Positions 37,521 to 50,753 of a stretch of 64,000 bases of DNA are shown here, piece after piece. The stretch lies in the NCBI GenBank assembly GCA_051294375.1, contig CM119270.1, positions 20,293,021 to 20,357,020 on the forward strand. The letters run 5' to 3'. Position numbers and translations under genes: made by a program. Below the pieces are notes generated by a model, which made no database searches, was not told the DNA's origin, and was given only the letters and a program-made list of their open reading frames with translations. Position 1 is the first letter of the stretch. Every line of letters begins with the position of its first letter. This DNA comes from Paraspadella gotoi. Taxonomy: Eukaryota > Animalia > Chaetognatha.

Positions 37521-39969
37521 NNNNNNNNNNNNNNNNNNNNNNNNNNNNNNNNNNNNNNNNNNNNNNNNNNNNNNNNNNNNNNNNNNNNNNNNNNNNNNNN
37601 NNNNNNNNNNNNNNNNNNNNNNNNNNNNNNNNNNNNNNNNNNNNNNNNNNNNNNNNNNNNNNNNNNNNNNNNNNNNNNNNNNNNNNNNNNNNNNNNNNNN
37701 NNNNNNNNNNNNNNNNNNNNAAGAAAAGAAAAGAAAAGAAAAGAAAAGAAAAGAAACGAAGAAAAGGAAAGGCAATCGATGACTTTAGAGGAAAAAAGGA
37801 GGAAAATAATTTGAAAGAAAATTGGTAAAAAAACTAAAAAGAAAAAGAGGCAAAAAAAAAATTTGCTAATGACGGCTAAAGAAATTCTGCAACAAATCGT
37901 GAATGCAATAGAAAAGCGGCATTTGCTGCAAACGTGAAAGAACTAATTCTTTTCGATTTCGAATATTAAAATGACGGAAAAAGGAAAAGGTGAAGGACGA
38001 CGACGACGACGACGATGACGAAGAGATCAAGCATCGTGACTTTGTTTATTCACTCGACCGGGTGATGTGATGAAATAATGATGCGGGTGAATTCACCTCA
38101 CGGATTCGTCGACAACCGTCTCCTCTCATTTTTCTAATTCCACCCAAAAATTGTTTCTGGATTTAGGCCTTAAAATGGTCAAAATTTGCCTAAGATGGCC
38201 CAAAATGGCCTCTTCTTTTTATTTTTTTGGGCTCGATTGAGTTATTGTTTAGGGGGAGAGATTCGTTCTCGTTGCGCGCTAAAGTAAAAGTTTTAAAATT
38301 TAATATTAAAATTTCATATTAAAATTTAATATTAAAATTAACTTTAAAAAGCTATTTTGGATGATTCTGGGGTCAATTTCGTGATCATTTTCGACCTTTT
38401 TGAGTTTAGGTAAGTTTTCATGCTCAAATTTCTGTAACAAATTTTTCTGTCGCAAAAAACCGTAAAATCCATCGTTTATTCCATCGACGCAGTTGGAGAC
38501 TCTCTCTCTCTCTCTCTCNNNNNNNNNNNNNNNNNNNNNNNNNNNNNNNNNNNNNNNNNNNNNNNNNNNNNNNNNNNNNNNNNNNNNNNNNNNNNNNNNN
38601 NNNNNNNNNNNNNNNNNNNNNNNNNNNNNNNNNNNNNNNNNNNNNNNNNNNNNNNNNNNNNNNNNNNNNNNNNNNNNNNNNNNNNNNNNNNNNNNNNNNN
38701 NNNNNNNNNNNNNNNNNNNNNNNNNNNNNNNNNNNNNNNNNNNNNNNNNNNNNNNNNNNNNNNNNAACGCCAAATGTTCCCTCATTAGATGGAAGCGAAA
38801 AAACAAGGCTACGTCGCCCTCGACAACCATAATTTGCGTTTTCGCCGGGAGGGAGTTTCCATGGTTACGAAAAATATGATAGGTTTATTATCGAACGTTG
38901 GGTTTCGTTTTGGTTCAATCTCGTTGCAGCGAATTTCGTTATCGGCGGACTTCGTTATAAGAGAATTTTGAGGGAGAATCACGTTTAATAAGGACGATGG
39001 ACCGAATTAAATAGATAAAGAAAAGTTAGATAAACAATCAATATTTACGTTTATTTTTCCGGCTCTTGTTAATAATTTTATACTAAAAATTATTTTCGTT
39101 GACAATAGCCCATGAATGTTTTGCCTATAACTTCCCGACTTCCAAAAATAAAATGAGTCTTTCAACTTTCCCGTCAAAATTTTTCATCCGTCATCGCATT
39201 CTATTTTTGCCTTCGATCCTTTCATCCCAGTCTTCCTATCTTCTCCCACCTCCCTTACTTCTCTCCCCCACTTCTCTATTTCTTTCTCCAACCCCTGCTC
39301 TCTCCCCTCTTCCCCCCTCACCCCCAAAATCCACCCCGCTATCGTGGGGGGTCATCATCCCTCCATTACCCCCTTCCTTTCTCGATCGATTCGAATCTCT
39401 GTCTATCTTTACTCCAATCTCGTTTTCGTTAGAGAGGATTAATAACTTCTCTTTTAGATTTTCTTTTCTTTACTTTTATTCTTTTAATAACTTCTAATTT
39501 CATATCGATCTTTTAGCTTATCTATACTTTTTCTTTACTTTTTTTTCGTATTGATTAAGGTCAACATCAATATAGTTGGCTGCGCGGAAATATAATTTCT
39601 GACAATGCTTTTAAAGTGCTAATAACAAATAAAAATTTGACACTGCAATATACAAATGAGATTTTGAATTAAAAATGTTCTCACTTCCTCCTCTTTACCC
39701 TTCTCCCCTTTTCCAGTTCATAACAACCCGGGGGTTCGCTGACCCCACAACGCGAAACAATCGCTCTTTCTTTTCCTTGTTTTCTTTGTTTTTTTCTTGT
39801 TTTTCTCCACCCGAAACCTGAAAACCTTAAAAAAGACATAATTCGTCGCAGTCATCGTCGCCTCTACAGTTACGGTCCCGAGTTACAGTTACGGAGCTGA
39901 GATATATTGACCTATAACCAAGAGAGAAAGAAAAGAGAGAGAGAGAGGGGGTGATGCCAGTAAGAAAAA

Positions 39970-40009
<40 letters not shown>

Positions 40010-42364
40010 GGTTATTACGAAGGGAGAGAGAGCAGAGAGAGAGAGAGAGCAGGAGCCCGCAGAGAGAGAAGAGAGAGAGAGAGAAGAGAGAGACGACGAG
40101 AGACGAACCCGAGGAGAACAGAGAGAGAGAGAGCAAGAAACAATGTGAAAGAGAGTCTGTGGTGGGGGTGTGGGTTGTTGAAGGGGCGTTTGTCGTGTGA
40201 GTGATGGAGAAGTTGCCTGCGTGAAGAGTCGGTAACTAGACCAAGCAAAGACTTTAAAAATTAGCTCTCAACGAGAAGACGACGACGAGAGATGAAGAGA
40301 TAAAAGAGAGAGAGAGAGAGAGCAGAGAGAACGAGAGCAGAGACGAAGCACGAGAGAGAGCAAGCCGTAATAATGCAAGGGTCTCCGAAACAATTAGGTC
40401 CGCCAGACCGAACACAAAAAACCGGGCACTTACTGCCGGTCGGAAACAGAAGCGTAACATCTCAGAGAGGAGAGCGCGAGAGAGACGAAGATCGAGAGAG
40501 AAGACGAGAGAGAGAGCGAGAGAGAATCTCTCTCCTTTTNNNNNNNNNNNNNNNNNNNNNNNNNNNNNNNNNNNNNNNNNNNNNNNNNNNNNNNNNNNNN
40601 NNNNNNNNNNNNNNNNNNNNNNNNNNNNNNNNNNNNNNNNNNNNNNNNNNNNNNNNNNNNNNNNNNNNNNNNNNNNNNNNNNNNNNCCTCCCTTTGTTCT
40701 CAGATCCAAGTTTGTTGCTCCAATTTTCGAAAGGACGAACCTTTTCCTTTCTTTTCTCTTCATTTCTTTTCCTCTTTTTCTTTCTTTTTTTTCCTTTCCT
40801 TTCCTATTGTTCTCTCTCTCTCTTTCTTTTGTTCTTTCTTCTTTCTTTTTTTTTCTCCGCCCGTGATGGGTGGAGGATGTTCTTTCGCCACGTTTTTGGG
40901 TCCAGAGGGCCTCTTTTTCTCGAGGGGGCCTTTTGGAGGCCTTTTCGAGGCCTTTTGGAGGCTTTTTGAGGCCTTCGGTTCTTTAAGAGGTTTCATCCGT
41001 CTGTTTTTAGGTTTTTCGATTGGAAGGAGGATGAAATTAAAAGTTAATCCAGAGTCCATTACTTTTGTTACTTGACCGAAAAAAAATATTCTCTTCTCTT
41101 CTTTTTTTTTCTTTTCTTTTATTCTACACACTTCATCACGTGATCCTCAGTCACGCGCCCAAGGATCCAGGATCAAAACCGACCCCTTTCATCAAATTTC
41201 CCCGCGAGACAAAACGATCCAGAAAATTTGAGCCAATTTTTTCGAACTTTTAAAAAAATGGAACCGAAATTTTCATTTAAATGGAATCAAACTTTTTTAA
41301 AAAGAAACCATTTTTTGTTAAAAAACCCGAGCTAAAAATTTTTAAATTTTAAAATAGAACCAAACTTTCGTTAATGGAATCACAGTCTTTAAACACAGTC
41401 TACCCTTTGACCAAAACAAATGACCCAACTCACGGAAACCTCTTCATCAATTTTGTTTCTCCCGGAATTTCCTCGTTCCTCAAATTTTCCCAACTAAAAA
41501 GCAGTTTGTTTCCTTTGTTTCTTTTTCTGTTTCTTGATTCTCGATCCACGCGAAATGAATGAGAAGGGGACGAAATCAGAGACCTCACCGGGTCGAGGTC
41601 GATTCCACTGTAATCAGAAACCAATTGCCCTTTTTTTTTTGAATTCGTAATTCGGGCGACGACGATCGAGTTCTTTCGATTCTTAATTATACCTTTGGCC
41701 GGTAGAGGAGCTGACGACGCAAAAGGGGGCGAAGGGGGAGGAAAGAAAAACTCTCGACGCGCGACGCAACTCAATCCAACCCGATTTTCATTTTCATCTT
41801 TTTTAAAGAATTTTCGTGTCCCGGATTTTTCTTGCTCTATTTCGTGGAGGTATTGGCGGGAAACGCAAGAGGAGGGGGGGTGAAATAAGAAAGGGAATTG
41901 AAAGGACAATGAGGATTTTAATGGGGATAAAGTGTGCAGGTTTTTTTTAGGCAGGGAATTAGCGGAGGTTATTAAAGAAGAGTCGATACTAACTTAACCT
42001 TTCCCAGTTGATTTTAAAGATAGAAAGGGGCAGAGGTTAATCCCGGAAGGGCGGCCTCCTTGAGCGGTTAATCGAAAACTTGGCTAGAATTAATGATTCG
42101 AGAACGGAATTTCTTGATCTACTTTTTGCCGACGAGAATTTGGGGCGATCGAAAGTTTGCACCATAAACGCGGATCATGAGTCCAACCGGTTTTGAAGGT
42201 CGGACGTTCGAATCCAGAGAGCTTGCTTTGTTTTCGTGTCCTTGATCTTGATCTTTCTCTTTAGTTTACTAATAAGTATATTAATTATTAATCTATTAAT
42301 CTCTATCAGACTCATCAACTCTTTATACTTTCCTGTCCCTATACCCCGAAACGCGAAAAAAGGC

Positions 42365-42468
42365 GGTCGAACCCGAACTGTGAAGTCGCTGCTAAGAAAG
42401 GAGGTCGAACCCGAACTGTGAAGTCGCTGCTAAGAAAGGAGGTCGAACCCGAACTGTGAAGTCGCTGC
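42365..42468. repeat. 38-bp tandem repeat, ~2.7 copies
   Basis: ggtcgaacccgaactgtgaagtcgctgctaagaaagga starts at 42365, 42403 and 42441 with no spacers. Confidence 0.95.
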
Positions 42469-42550
42469 CAAAAATCGCGTTGAGGAGGGAAAAGCAAAAG
42501 CGAATGGATTTGAACGATTAAAAGAAAAAAGATGTGAGGGGGATTGAGGT

Positions 42551-42660
42551 GGGAAATCTCCAAGGCTTGGGGATTGGGGACTGGGAAATCTCCAAGGCTT
42601 GGGGATTGGGGACTGGGAAATCTCCAAGGCTTGGGGATTGGGGACTGGGAATTCTCCAAA
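42551..42660. repeat. 32-bp G-rich tandem repeat, ~3.4 copies
   Basis: gggaaatctccaaggcttggggattggggact starts at 42551, 42583, 42615 and (partial) 42647. Confidence 0.95.
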
Positions 42661-43334
42661 GCCCTCGTGGGTCATGTCTTTCTGTCTGTCTGTTTATCGG
42701 TTCGTTCGTTCGTTCGCACTTTAGTTCATTAGTTTGTTCGTTCCATGGTTCGTTCCTTCGTTCATTCTTTCCTACCTTTGTTCCTTCTCTCGTCCGCCAG
42801 AGGCGGAGTCTATCAAACCGGATTCAATAATAAAACTTAAGTGGGCGACGATTCAAGGTTTTTTCCCCGTGGAGGAGATTTCGACGCTAAGTTAATTTTG
42901 GGTTTAATATTAATTTCTCCAGTTTAACTTATGTCGTAATGTTATTTCGAGGAATTTTAGGTAATTTACAAACTCACCCTTTATATTTGGATATAATAGT
43001 TTTATAAATAATAAATAATCAAAATAGTTTTAACTGAATNNNNNNNNNNNNNNNNNNNNNNNNNAAAAAAGAATAACACTTACAGAAATAATTATAACAC
43101 CGAAATCAGGTGAATTTGGAATAATAAGAAGCCAGACCGTTCGCCTCTCCCCTGTTTATTAACCCGCCCCCTCCACCTCGCCCCCCCCCCCCGGCGCGCT
43201 TTGAAGAAAACGCGAGTCGAACGCTTTGATCGAAGGTTGACCCTAAAACCAAAAATCCTTGGAGGTGAAAATAGTTGTTTTGTCCTTAACATGAGGATAA
43301 ACAAAATTCTTAGAAGGAGAAAAAAAAAGAAGGG

Positions 43335-43890
43335 TCATTGTGAAAGATTCTTTGAAAGTGAATAAACAGTTAAAATTATGAGTTAGAATAACCATTATTA
43401 AAGTTACATAATTCTTTTTTTTTGTTTGAATTTATTTCTTCGGGCGAAAGCTGTTTGGTCGAGAATCAACAGAGAAAAAGAAAAAAAAAAAAAAGAAACA
43501 CTCGGAGGTTTTTTCTTAAGAATTGCAGCCTTTTCATTGGACGCCTGGCTATTATCACGGGCGATGAAACGCTCTCTCTCTCGTCTTCGTCGTCACGTCT
43601 CTCGGTCATCTCCTCTCGTCTCTCTCCTCGCTCTCCCTCTCTACTCTCTCTCTCCCTACTCATCTCTTCTCTGCTCTCTCCTGAATCAGAAGGGCTGCTC
43701 TCGCGCGTGGATCACGAGATGCAATCAGTGATTGAAGATGCGATCCACGTGAGGGATAAAAAGAAAATCAAGGATGCTGCACGAAATTCGCTTCGTTTTT
43801 TCCGCTCGAAATTCTGAGCCAGGTGCAATGCGGTCGAGTTGACCGAGTAAGAGAGAGAGAGAGACGAGCAGAGGGAGAAGAAAGAGGAGG

Positions 43891-43956
<66 letters not shown>

Positions 43957-44765
43957 GAAGGAGAGCGAGAGCTTTAAAAGCTTTGGGTCGTTAGAGGACA
44001 TAAGGCTTACAACCATGCCAACTGCTTAAACATTTTATAACGTAATATGGGGTTTAAAACTTTTGATGTTTCAAATTGATTGCATTCTTGCAAGTTTTGT
44101 CCGTCCGGTCGTTGTCATCCGTCGTCGTGTCGGTCATTCTCGTTTCACGGCTGGCAGATGAACATTTGAAACGAATTCCGCGATCGAAAATCGAAAGCGA
44201 ACGAAAAGAGTGAAAGAGGGAGAGGAGTGAAAAGGGTGACATAGGGTGACGAAGTGTGGCTGGAGGAATGAAAAAGATGAATCGACGGTTGACAAGAGGT
44301 GGACAGAGGGTGGACGGACAGTGTGGCAGAGAAATGACAGAAAGTAAAATCGGAGGGTGGACAGAAGGAAGTTGACAAAAGAAGGGGTCTAAAAAGGGTT
44401 GATTGGAAGAACGGTAAAAATCGACCTTTTATGTTAAGTTGACGGGAGGGTTTTCTTCCAGGAAAATGGGAACGTAATGGTTTCCATCCACAGAAATGAC
44501 AAGATGGGAGTCATTGGAGAAGAGTCAACGATCTAAATTACATCGGGGGAGAGGATTTTAGAGCCCCCAAGCCAACAGACAAAAAGCCCCAAAGCCAAAG
44601 CCACGGACGGGTCGTCGGAGTCAGATGGACCAAATTTCTGGGCAAAGATAAACAATAATCGCGGTTAACCTCGGTTAACTTTATAGGCCCCCCCGTCCCC
44701 AAATCGGGAGTTGACCCTCGGGCGGCGTGGGTCGAGGAAAAAAGGTCTTTTAGCGGTCGTTGGAG

Positions 44766-44816
<51 letters not shown>

Positions 44817-45817
44817 CGAGAAGAGAGGAGAGAGCAGAGGAGAAGGAGAGAGAGAGACGGTCTTCCTCCTGGCATTGAGGGTTGAGAACTCTGAAACAAA
44901 CTAACTCATGATTCGAATAAAAAAGCGTGAATATCGTGTCGAAGTAGGAAGAGAGAGAGAGGGAGGGAGAGGGAAGAAAAGAGCAGAGAGGAAGAGAAAA
45001 GAGAGAAAGGAGAGAGAAGAGAGAGGAGAGAGAGAGAGAAGAGAGAGAGAGAAAGAGAAAGAGCAGAGAGATGGAAGAAAGAACTTCTCCGGAAATTATT
45101 TCTTGTGTTTCTTACTTTCTTTCTAAAGGGGTTGAGTCGAAAAAAATCATTCCTACAATGCGAAAATCAATGGGAAAGAACGGGGAAATCCCTGATTGTC
45201 GGGCGGGATGGGAAACCTGGAAGGTGGAAAAAGTGGAATTCTGGAAGAGAATTCGTCGACTGGGAACTACTCGGCGGGAAAAGGGTTGGAAGAAGGGGAG
45301 GATTCTCAATGAGAATTAGACGGATTGGAAATGGAACAAAGTTTAAAAGGGAAGAGATAAAGGGGAATAAGGAGAAATAAAAGCTTTACAAAGTTTTTTT
45401 TTTTTTTTTTTTTTCGGGGCTGACCCCTCCGCCGGTCCAAGTGAAAACAGTATGACGAATGCCTATTAAAAAGTTTTTTTGGGGGACAATTTTAAGAGAT
45501 TAAATCAAAAATTTTTTGGGGGATCGGCGTCGCTGAGATGGGGAATTTTGAAAATGGACGATCTTAAAATGGAATCTTCTTGAAAAGCGTATCATGAAAA
45601 TGATTTTTTGGCAATCTTAAGGATAATTTTTTTTCTTCCTTTCTTTCTTGTTTTTATTTTTTCTTTCTTTTTTTTTTTTTTTTTCTTTCTTTCTTTCTTT
45701 CTATCTTTTCTTCTTTGTTCTTCTTCTTTCTTTTCTTTTCTTGTTCTTTCTGTCTTATTCTTCTGCTTCGTTGCTTATCTTTCTTTGGTTTCTTTTTCCT
45801 TGTCTTTCTTCTTCTTT

Positions 45818-45858
<41 letters not shown>

Positions 45859-47740
45859 CTTTTCTTTCTTTCTTTCTTTTTTTTGTTTTCCTTCTGTTTT
45901 CTTTCTTTATTTCTTTCCTATAACTCAATTCACGTTTCCTTGACGCGAAAAAAAAATAATGGCTTTTTGGTCCCTCGCAGAAAAGACAACAATGACGCGA
46001 CAACAACAACAAAGAACGTCTAGGCTCTAAGACCCGGGACCAAACGACCAAATGCGGACCAGACGAGCGGGATTCCTCTTTTCACCTGCTCTTTTTCTCT
46101 CCTCCCTACCTCCCTCTTCATCCTTCCCTCTTTTCCACACGCGAGCACTCACGGCTGCTCGTCCGCATGATCGCTGCCTCCAAGATTTGGTAAAAATGAG
46201 TTCATCTTGAAATGAGTCATTCACAGTTCGGGTGAATCTCGAACGCAGAATGCGTCTCCCGCTTCCATTATCTTTCTTTCTCGGCTTTCTCTCTCTCGCT
46301 CTTCTCTCTTCTTCTTCTCGTCCTCTCTCTCATCTCGTCATCTCCTCTCTTCTCGTCTCTCCGTCCGTCCTCTCTCGTTCGGGTTTGAAAAGAAAAACCA
46401 GTGGAGTCCGACGATTGAGATTTAATTAAATGTTAAAAAGAATTTAACCTGTAACTTTATTTGTTTTCTGTCTTGTAATGTATGTCAAGTGAGATTTCAT
46501 CGTTTGGAGTTTTCGAGGTGGAAGACAGGTGACCGTTTCAAAGGTTTTTTCTTTGGTGTCTGTGACCAGATTCTGAAAATTTTTTGGTATTATAATCATA
46601 TCCACCACTTATATTATAGGTCACTGTCTAAGACAAGCATTGATTGTTGAGCTTTTAAGATTTTTAAAATTTTGTTCATATTTTTCCGGATTTAATTTCT
46701 GAAATTCTCTCCTAAATATTCAATCATTTTTCTTTTTTTTGTATTTCTTGATGCTTATCCAGAAATATTTATTATTCAGCAACTGCCATGAAAAATTAAA
46801 AGATTTCAAGATTTAAAATGCCAGTTCAGTATCCTTCAAATTTGAAAAGAAATGACCTTAAAACGTTTTGTCCTTTTTTCAGGAAAAAATTATTTGCCTT
46901 TTTTATTCTCCATGCGGATGAAGGTTTAAATAATTTATTTTTATTATTTTTAAAAATGTTTTCGAATTTTTTTTTCCTTTTTTTTTTTGGTATCTTTCAG
47001 CAAACGTCGAAATTTCTTTTTTGGTCATTCTCTTCCTTTTTCGCTCTCCCTCTTTAGATAACCTACCATATTCACTCTGTCTCTCTCCCTCTCTTCGTCT
47101 CTCTGCGCTCTCTCGTCTCGGCCTCCGTCTCTCCGTGCTCTCTGCTCTCTCCTCTCTCTCTCACTCCTCTTCGAGTCTCTCTCTCTCGCCTCCTCTCGTC
47201 TCTCTCTCTCGTCTCTCGGTCTTCTCTATTCGTTTGCTCTCTCTTCTCTCTCAGACCTCTGGTTTCTTCTGGCTGTCGGTCGCTCCTCGAATACCGTCCG
47301 TTGAGCTTTCATCATCCGTCCTCCTTTATCTTCTCCCTTCTCGCCTCAACTGTCCGTTCCGTCCCACAATTTTTTCGTTCGTGAGCCCGAAAATTTTTTG
47401 ACGACTGGAGTCCGGAACATTTTTTTTCGTTTTTTTTATAATTTTCCCCAGATCATATTAGATTTTCCTTCCTCCTTTTTTTTTTTCTTTTCCTCTTTTT
47501 TTTCGCTTCCTCATTTTCTTTGTTCTTTTCTTTCTTTTCTATTTTTTTTAAATTTTGTTCATTTTTTCCAATGCTTTGTTCGTGGTTGTGAAATCTTTTT
47601 TTTTCCTCCTGGACTTTGCGGGAATCGGAAGCAAAGAAGATTTCATTAAGAATTTTTAGGATTCGAGAAGAAAAAGTAGAATCAAAATAGAAAAAATGAA
47701 GTCGGGTGTTATCTCTCCGTTCCCTCACTCGCCCTCTAAG
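43335..47740 (+). repeat. Noisy tandem copy of 47742-51882
   Basis: Anchors include aaagattctttgaaagtgaa, aaaagggtgacatagggtgac, aaatggaatcttc/ttgaaaag, gtgaatctcgaac and tgtctgtgaccagattctgaaa. The copies are collinear throughout. Confidence 0.92.
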
Positions 47741-48080
47741 AGTCATTGTAAAGATTCTTTGAAAGTGAAAAAAACAGTTAAAATTATGAGTTAAATAACA
47801 ATTATTAAAGTTAAATATTCTNNNNNNNNNNNNNNNNNNNNNNNNNNNNNNNNNNNNNNNNNNNNNNNNNNNNNNNNNNNNNNNNNNNNNNNNNNNNNNN
47901 NNNNNNNNNNNNNNNNNNNNNNNNTTTAAAACTTATTGATGTTTCAAATTATTCAATTCTTTCAAGTTTTTGTCGTCGTCGTTGTCATCGTCGTCGTCGT
48001 CGTCATCGTTTCACGGCTGCAGATGACATTTGAACGAAAATCGCATCGAACATCAAAGCGGAACGAAAAGAGTGAGAGGG

Positions 48081-48220
48081 AGAGGGTGAAAAGGGTGACA
48101 TAGGGTGACAAAGTGTGGCTGAGGATGACAGAAGGTGATTGAGGGTGACAAAGGGTGACAGAGGGTGCCGAAGTGTCGCAGAGAATGACAGAAAGTAATC
48201 GAGGGTGACAAAGAATGACA
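48081..48220. repeat. 10-bp periodic minisatellite (gagggtgaca), 14 units
   Basis: An exact 10-bp register is kept, with substitutions only. Confidence 0.9.
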
Positions 48221-49556
48221 AAAGAAGGGTCTAAAGTTATTGAAACGTAAATTGACTTATGTTAATTACTGAGTTTCTCATGAATATGACGTAATGTTCC
48301 ACAGAATGACAAAATGGATCATTGAGAAAGTCAAATTTAAAGGAATCTAATTACATCGGGGAGAGATTTTAAGCCCAAAGCCCAAAGACCAAAGCCCAAA
48401 GCCCAAAGCCACGACGGGTCGTCGAGTCCAGATGGAACAAATTTCTGCAAAGATAAAAATATCGCGTTACCGTCTTTACTTATTAAGCGCCCCCCNNNNN
48501 NNNNNNNNNNNNNNNNNNNNNNNNNNNNNNNNNNNNNNNNNNNNNNNNNNNNNNNNNNNNNNNNNNNNNNNNNNNNNNNNNNNNNNNNNNNNNNNNNNNN
48601 NNNNNNNNNNNNNNNNNNNNNNNNNNNNNNNNNNNNNNNNNNNNNNNNNNNNNNNNNNNNNNNNNNNNNNNNNNNNNNNNNNNNNNNNNNNNNNNNNNNN
48701 NNNNNNNNNNNNNNNNNNNNNNNNNNNNNNNNNNNNNNNNNNNNNNNNNNNNNNNNNNNNNNNNNNNNNNNNNNNNNNNNNNNNNNNNNNNNNNNNNNNN
48801 NNNNNNNNNNNNNNNNNNNNNNNNNNNNNNNNNNNNNNNNNNNNNNNNNNNNNNNNNNNNNNNNNNNNNNNNNNNNNNNNNNNNNNNNNNNNNNNNNNNN
48901 NNNNNNNNNNNNNNNNNNNNNNNNNNNNNNNNNNNNNNNNNNNNNNNNNNNNNNNNNNNNNNNNNNNNNNNNNNNNNNNNNNNNNNNNNNNNNNNNNNNN
49001 NNNNNNGTCGGTGTATACGAAAGTAGGGAAGAGAGATAAAGAGCGATGAAAGACAGAGAGATAGAGAGAGAGAAGAGAGAGAAGAGAGAGAGCGGAGAGA
49101 AGAGAGAGACGGAGAGAGACGGAGAGAGAGAGAGAGAGAGAAGGAGAGAGAGATGAAAAATCGGGATTTCTTCCAAAAAGGTTGAGTCGAAAAAATCGAT
49201 TCTACAATCGAATGGAAAAGACGGAAATCCTGATTCGGCGATGGAATAAACTGAGTGAAAAAGTGGAACTCGGGAGGAATGAATGAAGACTCGAAGCGGA
49301 ACGAAGGAATTCGAAGAATTAACGGATGGAAATGGAACAATTAAAAGCTTTTAACAAAGTTTTTTTTTCGGCTGACTCATGCCGTCAAGTGAAAACAATG
49401 ACGATGCCATTAAAAAGTTTTTTGGGGGAAATTTTAGAGATTAAATCAAAATTTTGGGAATCGGCGTCGCGAGATGGAATTTTGAAATGGAATCTTAAAA
49501 TGGAATCTTGAAAAGGTATCATGAAAATGATTTTTGCAATCTTAGGATAATTTTTT

Positions 49557-49620
<64 letters not shown>

Positions 49621-49645
49621 TTTTTCTTTCTTTCTTTCTTTCTTT
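49557..49645. repeat. (TTTC)n microsatellite
   Basis: Directly visible. Confidence 0.95.
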
Positions 49646-49942
49646 CTTTTTGTTTTCTTGTTTTCTTTCTTTATTTCTTTCAATAAACTTATTCACGTTT
49701 CTTGACGCGAAAAAAAATCTGCTTTTTGCCCCAGAAAAGACAACAATGACGACAACAACAACAACAACAACGACAACGACCAAGATGCGACAGACAGCGA
49801 TTCCTCACCTGCTCTTCCTCCTACCCCTCCTCTTCATCCTCCTCTTCCACCTGCTCGTCCGCATTCGCTCCTCAGATTTGTAAATGAGTCATCACAGTTC
49901 GGGTGAATCTCGAACCCAGAATCGTCTCACGCTCATTATCTT

Positions 49943-49984
<42 letters not shown>

Positions 49985-50649
49985 GTCTCTCTCTCTCTCT
50001 TCCTCTCCTCCCGTCTCTTCTCTCTCTCTCTCTCGGGCCGTTAAACGAAAAAACAGTGAGTCCGACGATGAGATTTATTAAATTTAAAAAGATTTAACTT
50101 AACTTTATTTGTTTTCTTTAATTAATGTCACTTTGTCATCGTTTGGATTTTCGAGGTGAGAAGGTGAACCGATTTTCAAAGGTTTTTCTTGTGTCTGTGA
50201 CCAGATTCTGAAATTGGGTATCATATTCATATCACATTCATATTATATTCTGTCTAAACAAGCATTGATTGTTAGCTTTTAAGATAAAATTTTGTTCATT
50301 TCCCGATTTAATTTCTGAGAAATCTCTCTAAATATCAATCATTTTTCTTTTTTTTTTATTTCTTGATCTTATCAAAATTACTATTCACTGCCATTAAAAA
50401 TTAAAAGATTTCTAGATTTAAAATCCATCAAGATCTCAAATTGAAAAAAAAAATGATGAAAACAATTTTTTTTATAAATTCTTTGCCTTTTCTATTAATA
50501 GAAAAGGCGATGAAGGTTTAAATTTATTTTATTATTTTTAAAAATTGTTTTCGAATTTTTTTCCCTTTTTTTTTGTTTCTTTCACAAGCGTCGAAATTCT
50601 TTTTTGTCATTCTCTATCCTTTTTTCCTCTCTTTTACCTACCCATATTC

Positions 50650-50753
<104 letters not shown>

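Noticed and set aside
42160-42226. tRNA or SINE suggested by GTTCGAATCC
   Set aside because: No cloverleaf or properly spaced A box could be built.
42365-42660. CRISPR-like repeat lengths (38 and 32 bp)
   Set aside because: Units are head-to-tail with no unique spacers, there are no cas genes, and the context is eukaryotic.
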